Positions 29,662-39,493 of a stretch of 43,960 nt of DNA are shown here, one piece after another (position 1 is the first letter of the stretch; each line of letters opens with the position of its first letter). The translations under genes were made by a program, and so were the position numbers. Under the pieces are notes generated by a model. It had not been told where the DNA came from. It saw nothing but the letters and a program-made list of their open reading frames with translations, and ran no database searches. The stretch comes from Actinomycetota bacterium (GTDB lineage Bacteria; Actinomycetota; Acidimicrobiia; Acidimicrobiales; Aldehydirespiratoraceae). The stretch covers positions 1 through 43,960 of the forward strand of contig JBCBYI010000003.1 in assembly GCA_039815945.1 (NCBI GenBank). The letters run 5' to 3'.

Positions 29662-30446
29662 CGAAACAGCTCCGGCGCGATCGGACAGTCGATGCGGAAC
29701 TTCGCCTCGGCCACCGGGATCGGACCGCCCGGCCCGATGACGCGGTCGACCAGATCGAGCGGCACGACTTCGTGGCGGTCCTCCCACGGCTCGTCGGAGA
29801 CGACCATGTCGCGAAGCGGTTCCCACATGGGGGCGGGCAGGCACCGGCAGACGCCGGCGACGAGCCACACCTCGGTGCCGAGTTGCTTGGCGACGGCGGC
29901 CGCGGTGAGCGAGCCGATCGGGCAGATCGCGGCGTCGGGGCCGAGTGCGTCGGTCTCCAGCACGACGAGATCGGCATCGGCGACGGCGGAGCCGATCCCG
30001 GCCAGTGGCACGTCGACTGCGAGCCGGTCGTTGACGTCGAGGCGATGGACGAGTCCATACCCGTCACCGGTCGTGTCGGCGACGAACACTTCGACGTCGC
30101 CGCGGCCGGTCAGCGCCTGGCTCGCCAACTCCGGCGAGCTGATCACGACGATGCCGGTGTCGCCGGGCAGCGCGTGTTCGAGCTCTCGGACGGTCGTGTC
30201 CCGCTCGATGGACTCGGCTGCGTCCCAGGCCTCGTTGCCCGGATCGGCGCCGGTCAACATTCGGGCCGAGAGCCACACGAGCGGACCCGACGAGGGCCGG
30301 TGTTCGATGAGTTGGCGACACGCGAGCACGAGTTCGGCCGGGTCGTGGCTGACCGCTCCGAGGGCCATCGCGGCCTCGTGCACGAGCGAACTCGTGCCGA
30401 CGTCGCCGGTTCTCGCCATGTACCGCAAACGCTCGATCGGATGCAC
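29658..30446 (-). CDS. Hypothetical protein, eIF-2B/NagB-RpiA-like fold
   Basis: C-terminal ADLVVL..DA.G....CPIGS.TAA.VAK..G..V....E.VPL.LV..VI resembles the eIF-2B family. Confidence 0.65.
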   Translation of the reverse strand: MHPIERLRYMARTGDVGTSSLVHEAAMALGAVSHDPAELVLACRQLIEHRPSSGPLVWLSARMLTGADPGNEAWDAAESIERDTTVRELEHALPGDTGIVVISSPELASQALTGRGDVEVFVADTTGDGYGLVHRLDVNDRLAVDVPLAGIGSAVADADLVVLETDALGPDAAICPIGSLTAAAVAKQLGTEVWLVAGVCRCLPAPMWEPLRDMVVSDEPWEDRHEVVPLDLVDRVIGPGGPIPVAEAKFRIDCPIAPELFR

Positions 30447-30516
30447 CGCTCCGGATCGTAGTCACGGTCGACCCGATGCGAGTGACCGGAGACGCCGCGC
30501 GCTAGCGTTGCGCCTC

Positions 30517-30999
30517 GTGGCAACAGATCTCGACCTCGAATTGACCCCGGTTGAGGGCGAAGCACGCAAGCTCAGCAGCTTCATGACCACCTTCCCGCTG
30601 GTCCCCGTCGTGCTCGATCCCTACACCAACGAGAGCTCGTGGATCCTCGACACGGCCCGCCGAGTGCTCACCCACTTCAAGGGCGCTGGTTGTCGGCCGT
30701 GCTGGATCGTCACCTGCCCGGTCGACGACGCCAAGACCTACCTCGGCCCGTACGCCGACGAGTTCCTCACCTTCGCCGACCCCGACCGCGCCATGGCCAA
30801 GAACCTCGGCGTCGTCGAGGCCCCGGCGCTGCTCCTCGTCCGCCAGGACGGCGAAGTCATCGCCAAGGCCGAGGGTTGGAACGCCGACGAATGGCGTGAG
30901 GTCACCGAGTCGATCGCCGAACTCACCCACTGGAGCCGCCCGCCGATGCCGGCCGACGGCGACCCGGGCACCTACTCCGGCACTCCGATCTCCGCCTGA
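30517..30999 (+). CDS. Thioredoxin-like/AhpC-fold hypothetical protein
   Basis: C-terminal part of track ORF 28618-30999. FADPDR..A..LGV...PA...VRQDG pattern. TAGCGT -10 precedes GTG 30517. Confidence 0.7.
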   Translation: MATDLDLELTPVEGEARKLSSFMTTFPLVPVVLDPYTNESSWILDTARRVLTHFKGAGCRPCWIVTCPVDDAKTYLGPYADEFLTFADPDRAMAKNLGVVEAPALLLVRQDGEVIAKAEGWNADEWREVTESIAELTHWSRPPMPADGDPGTYSGTPISA

Positions 31000-31100
31000 T
31001 CGACGAAGCGCAACGGGCGCGTACCCGGTGCATGCTCCGGGGCTATCACCCGCTGACTCGCCTCGCAGTGACGGGTCCGGCCGTGGCAGGCCGGTTTTCG

Positions 31101-31149
31101 TGTCAACCGGGGTTGACGCGGCGTTCATGTTGTCAACCGGGGTTGACGC
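31101..31149. repeat. Two identical 19-bp palindromic units with a 30-bp period
   Basis: TGTCAACCGGGGTTGACGC at 31101-31119 and 31131-31149; each contains GTCAACC-GG-GGTTGAC. Lies between convergent genes. Confidence 0.85.
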
Positions 31150-31164
31150 CGAATCGGCCGGCGC

Positions 31165-31434
31165 TCACGAGCCGGGCGCAGCGTCGTTGGCCGCCCGCCA
31201 CTCGCGCCACGTGTAGCGAAGCAGCAGCGGCACGATCACGGCACAGATCAGGCCGTGGACGGCCGTGATCGTCCATTCGGCCGTGTTGTCGGACACCAGC
31301 GCCCGCTGGAGGACGGTGACCGCGAGCACGACCGGGAATGCCACCGACGCGATCACGAGGTTGCGCCTCTTCCACCCGCTCGGATCGAACGCATGGGCGA
31401 GACGATCGATCGTCTGCTCGGGCTCCTGGCTCAT
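31165..31434 (-). CDS. Small two-TM membrane protein
   Basis: Two hydrophobic helices. TACCGT -10 lies 8 nt before ATG 31434. Confidence 0.65.
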   Translation of the reverse strand: MSQEPEQTIDRLAHAFDPSGWKRRNLVIASVAFPVVLAVTVLQRALVSDNTAEWTITAVHGLICAVIVPLLLRYTWREWRAANDAAPGS

Positions 31435-31529
31435 GCGCACGGACGGTACCGCGACGTCGAGCCGTCCGGCGTCAGCCGCCCGCCATGCCGGCTCGTTCCA
31501 GCAGGCGCTGCGGCGGGTACCGTGGCCCC

Positions 31530-33164
31530 ATGAGCGAGTTCGCCTACTCCGACCTGCTGCCCACCGGTCCCGACACCACCGAGTACCGCCTGATCACGAC
31601 CGAGGGGGTGTCGACCTTCGAGGCCGAGGGGCAGACGTTCTTGAAGGTCGAGCCGTCGGCGATCCAGGAACTCACGCGGGCGGCGATGTACGACATCTCC
31701 CACTACCTGCGCACCGAGCACCTCGAGCAGTTGGCGTCGATCCTCGACGACCCGGAAGCGTCCCCCAACGACACGTTTGTGGCCACCGAGCTGCTGCGCA
31801 ACGCCAACATCGCCGCCGCCGGCGTGCTCCCGATGTGTCAGGACACCGGCACGGCGATCGTCATGGGCAAGAAGGGCGAGCGGGTCGTGACCTTCGCCGA
31901 CGATGCCGAGGCGATCAGCCGCGGCGTGTTCGACACCTACACCGAAACCAACCTGCGCTACTCCCAGCTGGCGCCGCTCTCGATGTTCGAGGAGACCAAC
32001 ACCGGCAACAACCTGCCGGCCCAGATCGAGCTCTACACGAAGCCGGGCGACAGCTACGAGTTCCTGTTCATGGCCAAGGGCGGCGGCTCGGCCAACAAGT
32101 CGTTCTTGTTCCAGAAGACCAAGGCGCTGCTCAACGAGACCTCGATGGTCGACTTCCTCGACGAGTCGCTCCGCGCGATCGGCACCTCCGCGTGCCCGCC
32201 GTACCACCTCGCCCTCGTCGTGGGCGGCACGTCGGCGGAGTACGCGCTGAAGACCGCCAAGTACGCGTCGGCGCACTACCTCGACTCGCTGCCCACCTCG
32301 GGCGACGCCGCCACCGGCCACGGCTACCGCGACCTCGAGTGGGAGCAGAAGATCCTCGAACAGACCCGTGAGTTCGGGATCGGCGCCCAGTTCGGCGGCA
32401 AGTACTTCTGCCACGACATCCGGGTGATCCGCCTCCCCCGCCACGGCGCCTCCAACCCGGTCGCGCTCGCGGTCAGCTGCTCGGCCGACCGCCAGGCCCG
32501 CGCCAAGATCACCGCCGAAGGCGTGTTCCTCGAACAGCTCGAGACCGATCCGGCCCGGTTCCTCCCCGATGAGGCCGAGGATCAGCTGAGCGACGAGGTG
32601 ATCCAGGTCGATCTCAACCAGCCGATGGACGCCATCCGAAGCCAGCTCAGCCAGTACCCGGTCAAGACCCGCCTCTCGCTCACCGGCACGCTCGTGGTCG
32701 GTCGCGACATCGCGCACGCCAAGATCAAGGACATGCTCGACGCCGGCGAGCCGATGCCGCAGTACCTGCGCGATCACGCGATCTACTACGCGGGCCCGGC
32801 CAAGACGCCCGAGGGCTACGCGTCCGGCTCGTTCGGCCCCACCACCGCTGGCCGTATGGACTCCTACGTCGAACAGTTCCAAGCCGCCGGCGGCAGCTTC
32901 GTGATGCTCGCCAAGGGCAACCGTTCCAAGCAGGTCACCGAGGCGTGCGCAACCCATGGCGGCTTCTACCTCGGCTCGATCGGGGGCCCGGCCGCCCGTC
33001 TGGCCAAGGACTCCATTCGCAACGTCGAGGTGCTCGAGTTCCCCGAGCTCGGCATGGAAGCGGTCTGGAAGATCGAGGTCGAGGACTTCCCGGCCTTCAT
33101 CGTCGTGGACGACAAGGGCAACGACTTCTACGCCGAGGTCATCACCCCGGTGAAGCTCCGCTAG
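31530..33164 (+). CDS. fumA: Class I (Fe-S) fumarate hydratase
   Basis: [37 protein letters not shown] and LGMEAVW motifs. ATG 31530 lies 6 nt after TACCGT. Confidence 0.95.
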   Translation: MSEFAYSDLLPTGPDTTEYRLITTEGVSTFEAEGQTFLKVEPSAIQELTRAAMYDISHYLRTEHLEQLASILDDPEASPNDTFVATELLRNANIAAAGVLPMCQDTGTAIVMGKKGERVVTFADDAEAISRGVFDTYTETNLRYSQLAPLSMFEETNTGNNLPAQIELYTKPGDSYEFLFMAKGGGSANKSFLFQKTKALLNETSMVDFLDESLRAIGTSACPPYHLALVVGGTSAEYALKTAKYASAHYLDSLPTSGDAATGHGYRDLEWEQKILEQTREFGIGAQFGGKYFCHDIRVIRLPRHGASNPVALAVSCSADRQARAKITAEGVFLEQLETDPARFLPDEAEDQLSDEVIQVDLNQPMDAIRSQLSQYPVKTRLSLTGTLVVGRDIAHAKIKDMLDAGEPMPQYLRDHAIYYAGPAKTPEGYASGSFGPTTAGRMDSYVEQFQAAGGSFVMLAKGNRSKQVTEACATHGGFYLGSIGGPAARLAKDSIRNVEVLEFPELGMEAVWKIEVEDFPAFIVVDDKGNDFYAEVITPVKLR

Positions 33165-33215
33165 CCGCGGCTGATCAACCTGATCACCGGCTGCGCATCA
33201 GCGGCCCCGTGATCG

Positions 33216-33989
33216 TCAGCGGGTGTCGACCAGCAGGCTCTTCAGCGCCCGCCCGACCCGACCCCGATGGTCGAAGAGGGTGGCGTCGGCCTGGCCGTAG
33301 CCGTTGCCCTCGCCGCGGACCGCGGCGGTGAAGCCGAGCCACTCCCCCTCCGGCGGCCGGTGCAGCGAGATGACCAGATCCGAATTGATCGAGATCATTC
33401 GCTCGTAGTCGAGCGCGCTGCCGCCGCTCGGGATCATGTCGGCGACGGCGGCGACGAGCACGCTCGGATCGTTCGGCTCCCCCTCGACGAACGGCTTCTG
33501 CATCTTCATCCACGCCGTCACCCGGCCTTGGTCGTCCTCGGTACGTCGAAAGTCGAAGCTCGCCGCGAAGTCAAGCGGTCCGTCGAAGGTCCAGGTGATG
33601 ACCGGGTGGGACTCGGGATCGCTGGGGATCTCGTCCTCGGTCAACACGGGGTTCGGCACCGACACCCCCTCGGCAATGCGGACACGCATGGCGGTGGCTC
33701 GACCGACGACCTCGTCGTCGACGACATAGCGAGCCTCGACCGCCTGGATCCGTTTGCCGTCGCGCACGATCTCGGTGTCGACCCGGGTCTCCCCCATCGG
33801 AACCCGACGGCTCATGTCGATCGCCAGCCGGGTGGTGGTCATCGGCACGGCCGACGGCACCCGCTCGACGGCACGGGCGAACACACCCGCGATGGCGCCA
33901 CCGTGCTGGACGCCGGGGAACCACGGACCGACCGCCGAGGACTGAGGGAGAAGGACATCACCGCGGGGGAGGAAGATGGCGTCAGGCAC
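33216..33989 (-). CDS. Thioesterase family protein (double hot-dog, TesB-like)
   Basis: GPW.PG.QHGG, RDGKRIQ, VAD, IN.DL...LHR.P.GEW motifs. GTG 33989 lies 7 nt after TACCCT. Confidence 0.88.
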   Translation of the reverse strand: MPDAIFLPRGDVLLPQSSAVGPWFPGVQHGGAIAGVFARAVERVPSAVPMTTTRLAIDMSRRVPMGETRVDTEIVRDGKRIQAVEARYVVDDEVVGRATAMRVRIAEGVSVPNPVLTEDEIPSDPESHPVITWTFDGPLDFAASFDFRRTEDDQGRVTAWMKMQKPFVEGEPNDPSVLVAAVADMIPSGGSALDYERMISINSDLVISLHRPPEGEWLGFTAAVRGEGNGYGQADATLFDHRGRVGRALKSLLVDTR

Positions 33990-34046
33990 CCGCTGCAGGG
34001 TATCGGCGACGCAGATGGCAACGATCGGAGAATCTCTTCGATGACT

Positions 34047-34060
34047 AGGACCTAGGTCCC
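34047..34060. promoter_or_regulatory. DosR/DevR-box-like palindrome upstream of the multicopper oxidase
   Basis: AGGAC-CTAG-GTCCC (perfect core GGACCTAGGTCC, 34048-34059) resembles the mycobacterial DosR core GGGAC-N4-GTCCC. Confidence 0.5.
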
Positions 34061-34129
34061 TCTGCAGTGGCACCGGAACCTGCGAGAACTGCAAGCAGTA
34101 TCCACCGCCCTTTGAGGAGGGACCCTGTC

Positions 34130-35725
34130 ATGCAACCATCCGGCGCTCGCCTGATGCTCCAACTGACGCTCGGGAGTCTGTTCATCCTGACGCTCGGCGT
34201 CGTCGCGATCACGGCGTTCGCGATCTCCAACGACGACGCCGGAGCCGCTCCCGTGTCGTCCACCCTCGACATCAACCTTGAGGAGTTCTCCATCACCGGT
34301 GACCTGGTCGCTCCGGCCGGAGAGGTCACGCTCCTGGTCCACAACAACGGGTCGATGGATCACAACCTCGGGGTCCGTGAGCTCGATCTGCTCACCCCGA
34401 ACTTCGGTTCTGGCGGAACGGTGAGCCTCGAGCTCGGCGAGCTCGCGCCGGGCGAGTACACGCTCTACTGCGAGATCGCCGGTCACGAGGCCGCTGGCAT
34501 GGTCGCGACGCTCACCGTCACCGGCAGCGGCGACGACGTCGCCGCGTCGAGTGGCGGCCACGGCGGCCACGGTGGCGACATGACCGAGGAGGAATGGCAG
34601 GCCCTCGACACTGCGATGATGGAATCGATGCTGGCCTTCCCGGCCGAGACCGAGGGCAAGGGCAACCCGATCCTCGAACCGACCGAGGTCCTCGACGACG
34701 GCACCAAGGTCTTCGACCTCACCGCCGAGATCGTCGATTGGGAGGTCGAGCCGGGCGTGTTCGTTGAGGCGTGGACCTACAACGGTGTCGTTCCCGCCCC
34801 ACAGATCAAGCTCGACCGAGGCGACGACATTCGAGTTCGGGTGGTCAACAACTTGCCGATGGGCACCGACATCCACTGGCACGGTGTCCACACGCCGAAC
34901 GACCAGGATGGTGTGGCGCCTTACACCCAGGACCTGATCGCACCCAACGGCGGCACGTTCACCTACGAGTTCACCGCCGACACCGATGCGATCGGCATGT
35001 ACCACGCCCACAACCACGCCCAGATGCAAGTGGTCAACGGCATGTTCGGCGCCATCACCATCGGCGACAACCCGATCCCCTACGGCCGCACGATCAGCGG
35101 TGTGACGATCCCCGATGAAGAGGATCTCAACGTCACCGTCGACACCCCGATGGTGCTCAACGACGCCGGCACGATCGGCCTCACCCTCAACGGCAAGAGC
35201 TTCCCGGCCACCGAGCCCTACGTGATGAACCAGGGCGAGTGGGGCCATGTCACGTACTACAACGAGGGTCTGCAGATCCACCCGATGCATCTCCACCAGT
35301 TCCCCCAGCTGGTGTACGCCAAGGACGGCATCCCCCTCGATGAGCCCTACTGGGTCGACACCATCAATGTCGCCCCTGGCGAGCGGTACAGCGTGCTGTT
35401 CCGGGCCGACGACCCCGGGGTCTGGGTCTGGCACTGCCACATCCTCACCCACGTCGAGCGCACCGACGGCATGTTCGGCATGGTGACCGCGTTCATCGTC
35501 GAGGAGACGCCCGGCTTCGACCCGAGCGACTGGCCGGTCGAACCCCACAACTGGGAGAACACCACCACCAGCCCCGACGGCCCGGTCGAGGCCGATGGCA
35601 GCCACGACCACGGCGACGGGAGCGGCACCCATAGCCACGGTGACGACGAGACCGAGGACGAAGGCGTCGAAGCCGACGTCGTCGACGAGGCGACGGTCGA
35701 GGAAGACGAGGAAGTCGCCGCATAG
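34130..35725 (+). CDS. Membrane-anchored two-domain multicopper oxidase with an extra N-terminal cupredoxin domain
   Basis: Cupredoxin HN...YCEIAGHEAAGM; MCO motifs IHWHG, MYHAH, HPMHLH and WHCHILTH...M. GAGGAG RBS. Confidence 0.92.
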   Translation: MQPSGARLMLQLTLGSLFILTLGVVAITAFAISNDDAGAAPVSSTLDINLEEFSITGDLVAPAGEVTLLVHNNGSMDHNLGVRELDLLTPNFGSGGTVSLELGELAPGEYTLYCEIAGHEAAGMVATLTVTGSGDDVAASSGGHGGHGGDMTEEEWQALDTAMMESMLAFPAETEGKGNPILEPTEVLDDGTKVFDLTAEIVDWEVEPGVFVEAWTYNGVVPAPQIKLDRGDDIRVRVVNNLPMGTDIHWHGVHTPNDQDGVAPYTQDLIAPNGGTFTYEFTADTDAIGMYHAHNHAQMQVVNGMFGAITIGDNPIPYGRTISGVTIPDEEDLNVTVDTPMVLNDAGTIGLTLNGKSFPATEPYVMNQGEWGHVTYYNEGLQIHPMHLHQFPQLVYAKDGIPLDEPYWVDTINVAPGERYSVLFRADDPGVWVWHCHILTHVERTDGMFGMVTAFIVEETPGFDPSDWPVEPHNWENTTTSPDGPVEADGSHDHGDGSGTHSHGDDETEDEGVEADVVDEATVEEDEEVAA

Positions 35726-35771
35726 CAAGGGGGATGCGGTCGGCCGCTCCGGGGTGTGTCATCGTCTGCGC

Positions 35772-36686
35772 ATGAAGGTGCGCATTGGTTACGGCCTCGG
35801 GGCGGTCCCCAGTCTCTATCCACGAGCCCGGCGCGAGATCGCCGGGCTCGGTCGCGTCGTGGACGATCTCGATCGGCTCGGCTTCGACAGTCTGTGGTTC
35901 CCGGAGCGCATCAACTCGATGCAGCTCGACCCGATCGTCGCGATGTCCTACGTCGCCGGCCGCAGCGAGCACCTGAAGTTCGGCCCCGCCGTCTCGGTCG
36001 TGCCCGGCCGCAACCCGATCCTGATGGCGAAGATGCTGGCCAGCCTTGACGTCGTCAGCGGTGGGCGCTGCCTGCCCGCCTTCGGACTCGGCATCGCCAA
36101 CACCGCCGAACACCAGGCCTTCCAGGTCGATCGCAAGGACCGTGCGCCCTGGCTCAACGAAGCGATGCCGTTGATGCGGCGGCTCTGGGAGGAAGACGTC
36201 GTCGATCACGAAGGCGAGCGCTTCTCGGTGGCGGGCGCCCGGGTGCTCCCGAAGCCGATCCAGAAGCCGCTCGAGGTGTGGCTCGGTGGGCAGGCGCCCT
36301 CGGAGCTGCGCCGCACCGGTCGCCTCGCCGACGGCTGGCTCGCAAGCTTCACCACGCCCCGACACGTCGCCGAGGGCATCGAGGCGATCGAAGCCGCAGC
36401 TTCCGACGCCGGCCGCACCTTCGACGACGATCACTACGGCGTGCTCATCCCCTACATCCCGCCGGGGCTCGACTTCCCGGCCGAAGCGCTCGAACGGGTC
36501 ACAGCTCGTCGCCCGGACGCGGCACCGGACGAGGTCGTCGCCACCTCCCACGAAGCGCTGCACGACATGATCGACGCCTACGTCGAGGTCGGCGCGTCGA
36601 AGTTCGTCTGCTTCCCCTTCGCCGAGCCCGAGGATTGGCACGTCGAGCTCGAGAAGCTGGCACCGATCCTCGACAAGCAGAACTGA
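35772..36686 (+). CDS. LLM-class flavin/F420-dependent oxidoreductase
   Basis: GFDSLWFPE, DP, AK.LASLD..SGGR, PKP.QKP..VWLGG and R.GRLADGW motifs. Confidence 0.9.
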   Translation: MKVRIGYGLGAVPSLYPRARREIAGLGRVVDDLDRLGFDSLWFPERINSMQLDPIVAMSYVAGRSEHLKFGPAVSVVPGRNPILMAKMLASLDVVSGGRCLPAFGLGIANTAEHQAFQVDRKDRAPWLNEAMPLMRRLWEEDVVDHEGERFSVAGARVLPKPIQKPLEVWLGGQAPSELRRTGRLADGWLASFTTPRHVAEGIEAIEAAASDAGRTFDDDHYGVLIPYIPPGLDFPAEALERVTARRPDAAPDEVVATSHEALHDMIDAYVEVGASKFVCFPFAEPEDWHVELEKLAPILDKQN

Positions 36687-36688
36687 CG

Positions 36689-38143
36689 TCAGCGTTCGGG
36701 AACGACGATTTCGAACCCGTCGAGTTCGATCACCTCGTAGGCGATGTCGTCGTACCCGAGCCCGAACTTGTAGTCCCACGCCAGTTCGGAGCCGAGGTAG
36801 AAGACCCGGGCTTCGGTGCCGGACTCGATGACCTCGCCGTGGAGGTCGAAGTCGCGCACGAAGACCATCGGCGTGACGGTGAGATCGGTCTCGGCCGTGA
36901 CCCGGTACGCCAACCAGTACTCGCCGTAGGCGTACTCGATACCGAGCTCCTGCATCGCCGTCTCGAGCGGCTCCACCTCCGGCGGGTCGAGCACGAGGTT
37001 GAACCGTTCGTCGCCGGTGCGATCGATCAGCCCCGCGACACCGAGCGTGGTGAGGACCAGGACGACCACCGGCAAGGCGACGAGCGTTCGCCGATCGAGC
37101 CCCGCAACACCGGCGGCGACGAGCGCGACCGTCGGCGCCAGCAGATAGCCGTAGCGGGGCTCTTCGACATAGTGGGTCGCCGACGCCACCGCGGCGACGA
37201 TCGGATAGCCGACGAGAACCGCGAGCGGGATCCACGATCGATGCCGGAACCGGACCGCGGCGACGACCAGCCCGCCGATGATCACCACGGCGAGGGCCTG
37301 GCCGGCCACCCCGCCGTACCACTCGGCGCTGAAGATCCGCCGGAAGCCGAGCAGCATCGGGATCAACTGGCCGACGAAGCCCTCCAGGCGACCGGCGAAC
37401 GTCGACTCGACCGATGGCGGCGGCTGTTCGAGCGACGGGAAGCCCCGGCTCACGTTGTAGAGCCACCACGGCAGCGAGCCCAGCACGAACGGGCCGACCG
37501 GAATCCACAGCCGGGTCCAGAGATCACGCCGCAGGACGAGACCGGCGGCGACCGCGGGCACCACGACGAACAGGGTGATCGGCGAGACCCACCAGGCGAC
37601 ACCCGCCGCGACCCCGACCGCCACGAGATCGCGCCGATCCTCGTCGGGGTCGGGCTCGCGATCGGTGAGACGGACGACGAACAGCACGACCGCCATCGCC
37701 ACCACGACGCCGGAACCGTAGAACCCGCGGGTCTTGGTCGACCACCAGATGATCGCCGGCGACGCCACCCAGGCGGTGGCGGCGGCGACCAGGCCGACCT
37801 GGTCGTCGAAGATTCGCCGGCCGATGCGCCAGACCAGCCAGCAGGCGGCGGCATGCATCACCACCATGACCAGCTTGGCGGCGAGCACCGACGTGCCGGT
37901 GACGAAGAAGAGCGGCGCGGTGACGAGCGCGTCGAGCGACCCGCCATAGTGCTGGCCCCAGTAGAAGACCTGCGGCTCGAAGGACGTGAAGCCCTCGGCC
38001 ATCAACACCACGACCGCCTCGTCGGCGTCGAGCGCTCCCGCCGGACTGGCGAGCACCCAGATGCGCAGGATCAGGCCACCGAGCGCGGCGATGATCAGCG
38101 ACGGTCGCAGGGCTCGATCCACCGGGGCGACGGTAGCCGCCAC
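36689..38143 (-). CDS. GT-C (family 39/ArnT-like) membrane glycosyltransferase
   Basis: DADE acidic motif after the first TM, FYWGQ.Y.G, many TM helices, RY motif. Confidence 0.75.
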   Translation of the reverse strand: MAATVAPVDRALRPSLIIAALGGLILRIWVLASPAGALDADEAVVVLMAEGFTSFEPQVFYWGQHYGGSLDALVTAPLFFVTGTSVLAAKLVMVVMHAAACWLVWRIGRRIFDDQVGLVAAATAWVASPAIIWWSTKTRGFYGSGVVVAMAVVLFVVRLTDREPDPDEDRRDLVAVGVAAGVAWWVSPITLFVVVPAVAAGLVLRRDLWTRLWIPVGPFVLGSLPWWLYNVSRGFPSLEQPPPSVESTFAGRLEGFVGQLIPMLLGFRRIFSAEWYGGVAGQALAVVIIGGLVVAAVRFRHRSWIPLAVLVGYPIVAAVASATHYVEEPRYGYLLAPTVALVAAGVAGLDRRTLVALPVVVLVLTTLGVAGLIDRTGDERFNLVLDPPEVEPLETAMQELGIEYAYGEYWLAYRVTAETDLTVTPMVFVRDFDLHGEVIESGTEARVFYLGSELAWDYKFGLGYDDIAYEVIELDGFEIVVPER

Positions 38144-38149
38144 GGCCCC

Positions 38150-39487
38150 CTAGACGGTGAGCAGCGGGAGTGATTCCGGCAACTCGTCGAAGACGCCGTC
38201 AGCCGCTCCCGGTCCGCCCAACCATTCGAGTGCCGACCGGTACACCGAGCGGGTGTCGACCGCGAGCGGCACGTCGCCGTTGTCGAGCGAACCGAGGTCG
38301 TAGCCGCCGTGGACGACGCCACCGGCGACCGACGGGCCGAAGACGAACTGCAGTCCGCCGTTGCCGTGGTCGGTGCCGCCGGATCCGTTCTCCGACACCC
38401 GCCGCCCGAACTCGCTGGTCGTCACCACCATGACCCGGTCGAGATCGCCGGAGGCTTCGAGCGCGGCGAAGAAGCGTTCGAGCCCGATGCCGATGTCGGC
38501 CAGCAGCGCGTCGTGGGAGTCGATCTGGGCTGCGTGGGTGTCGAAGCCCCTCACACCGACGGTGAGCACCCTGGTCCCGATGCCCATCTGGATGATGTTC
38601 GCGGCCGTCGCCAACAAGTCGACGGCAGTGATCCCGGCCCCTGGCGTCGCGTTGTCGTAACCGGCGAGGTCGTCGGCGCTCGCCGCGGCGAGCAGTTCCA
38701 CCGCGTCGAGCGTGCCGGGGATCGCCTGTTGGGCCGCCGCGAGGGTCGGGTCGGCCACCAGCGGCGACGCAGTTGCCAGGAAGGCGTCGATCACCGCGTC
38801 GGCGTCGGTGCCCCGCTGGGTCCGCAGGTCGAAGTTGTTCGGATTGCGGATGGCGGTCGCCATCGTGGTGCTGCCGACGAGCGCAGGACTGCCGCCACCG
38901 AGGGCGATGGCTCGCAGCGGATCATCGACACCGTTGCGTTCGGCGTCGAGGGTGAGGTCGAGCCACCGTCCGAGCCATCCCGTCTGTGAGGGCGCACCCG
39001 CCACGCCCGACCACCACGTGTCCATCGCCTGGAAGTGCGAGCGCGACTGCTGGGGCATGGCGACGCCGGCCACGGCGCTCATCGTGGCGGCATCCCAGAA
39101 CGGGGTGAGTCCGCCGAGCGCCGGGTGCAGGCCGTGATCGGTGCCGGCGAGGGTCACGAGTTCGGTGTCGGCGAGGGCGACCACCGGTCGGGCGTCGTGG
39201 TAGGCGCCGACGGCGGGCACGAGTGTGTTCAACGCATCGTTGCCGCCTGCCATCTCGAGCACGACCAGCACCCGGTCGGTGAGCGGCAGACGGGCGCTGG
39301 ACGCTGCCGCGGCTTCGGCGACCGCTGCGGTCGTCGTCGTGATCGGGGCGGTGGTGGTCGTCGTGGTGGGCACGGCGAGCGGGGCTCGTTCGACCCCGTC
39401 ACGGATCAGTGCGGCCCATGCCCCGCCGCCGAGGGCGGCGGCGCCGGCGGCACCACCGAGGAAGGTTCTGCGAGAGATCGTCATCAT
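38150..39487 (-). CDS. DUF1501 domain protein (Tat substrate)
   Basis: SRRTFL twin-arginine motif; GGNDALNT.VP, RSHF, GWLGR, GFDTH and SEFGRR..ENGSGGTDHG motifs. Confidence 0.92.
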   Translation of the reverse strand: MMTISRRTFLGGAAGAAALGGGAWAALIRDGVERAPLAVPTTTTTTAPITTTTAAVAEAAAASSARLPLTDRVLVVLEMAGGNDALNTLVPAVGAYHDARPVVALADTELVTLAGTDHGLHPALGGLTPFWDAATMSAVAGVAMPQQSRSHFQAMDTWWSGVAGAPSQTGWLGRWLDLTLDAERNGVDDPLRAIALGGGSPALVGSTTMATAIRNPNNFDLRTQRGTDADAVIDAFLATASPLVADPTLAAAQQAIPGTLDAVELLAAASADDLAGYDNATPGAGITAVDLLATAANIIQMGIGTRVLTVGVRGFDTHAAQIDSHDALLADIGIGLERFFAALEASGDLDRVMVVTTSEFGRRVSENGSGGTDHGNGGLQFVFGPSVAGGVVHGGYDLGSLDNGDVPLAVDTRSVYRSALEWLGGPGAADGVFDELPESLPLLTV

Positions 39488-39493
39488 CGGCTC

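Noticed and set aside
31101-31149. CRISPR array
   Set aside because: Only two 19-bp units with an 11-bp spacer, and no cas genes.
34130-35725. Copper nitrite reductase NirK
   Set aside because: Domain 1 lacks the T1 Cys (YHAH) and domain 2 has the HxHxH/HCH multicopper oxidase motifs.
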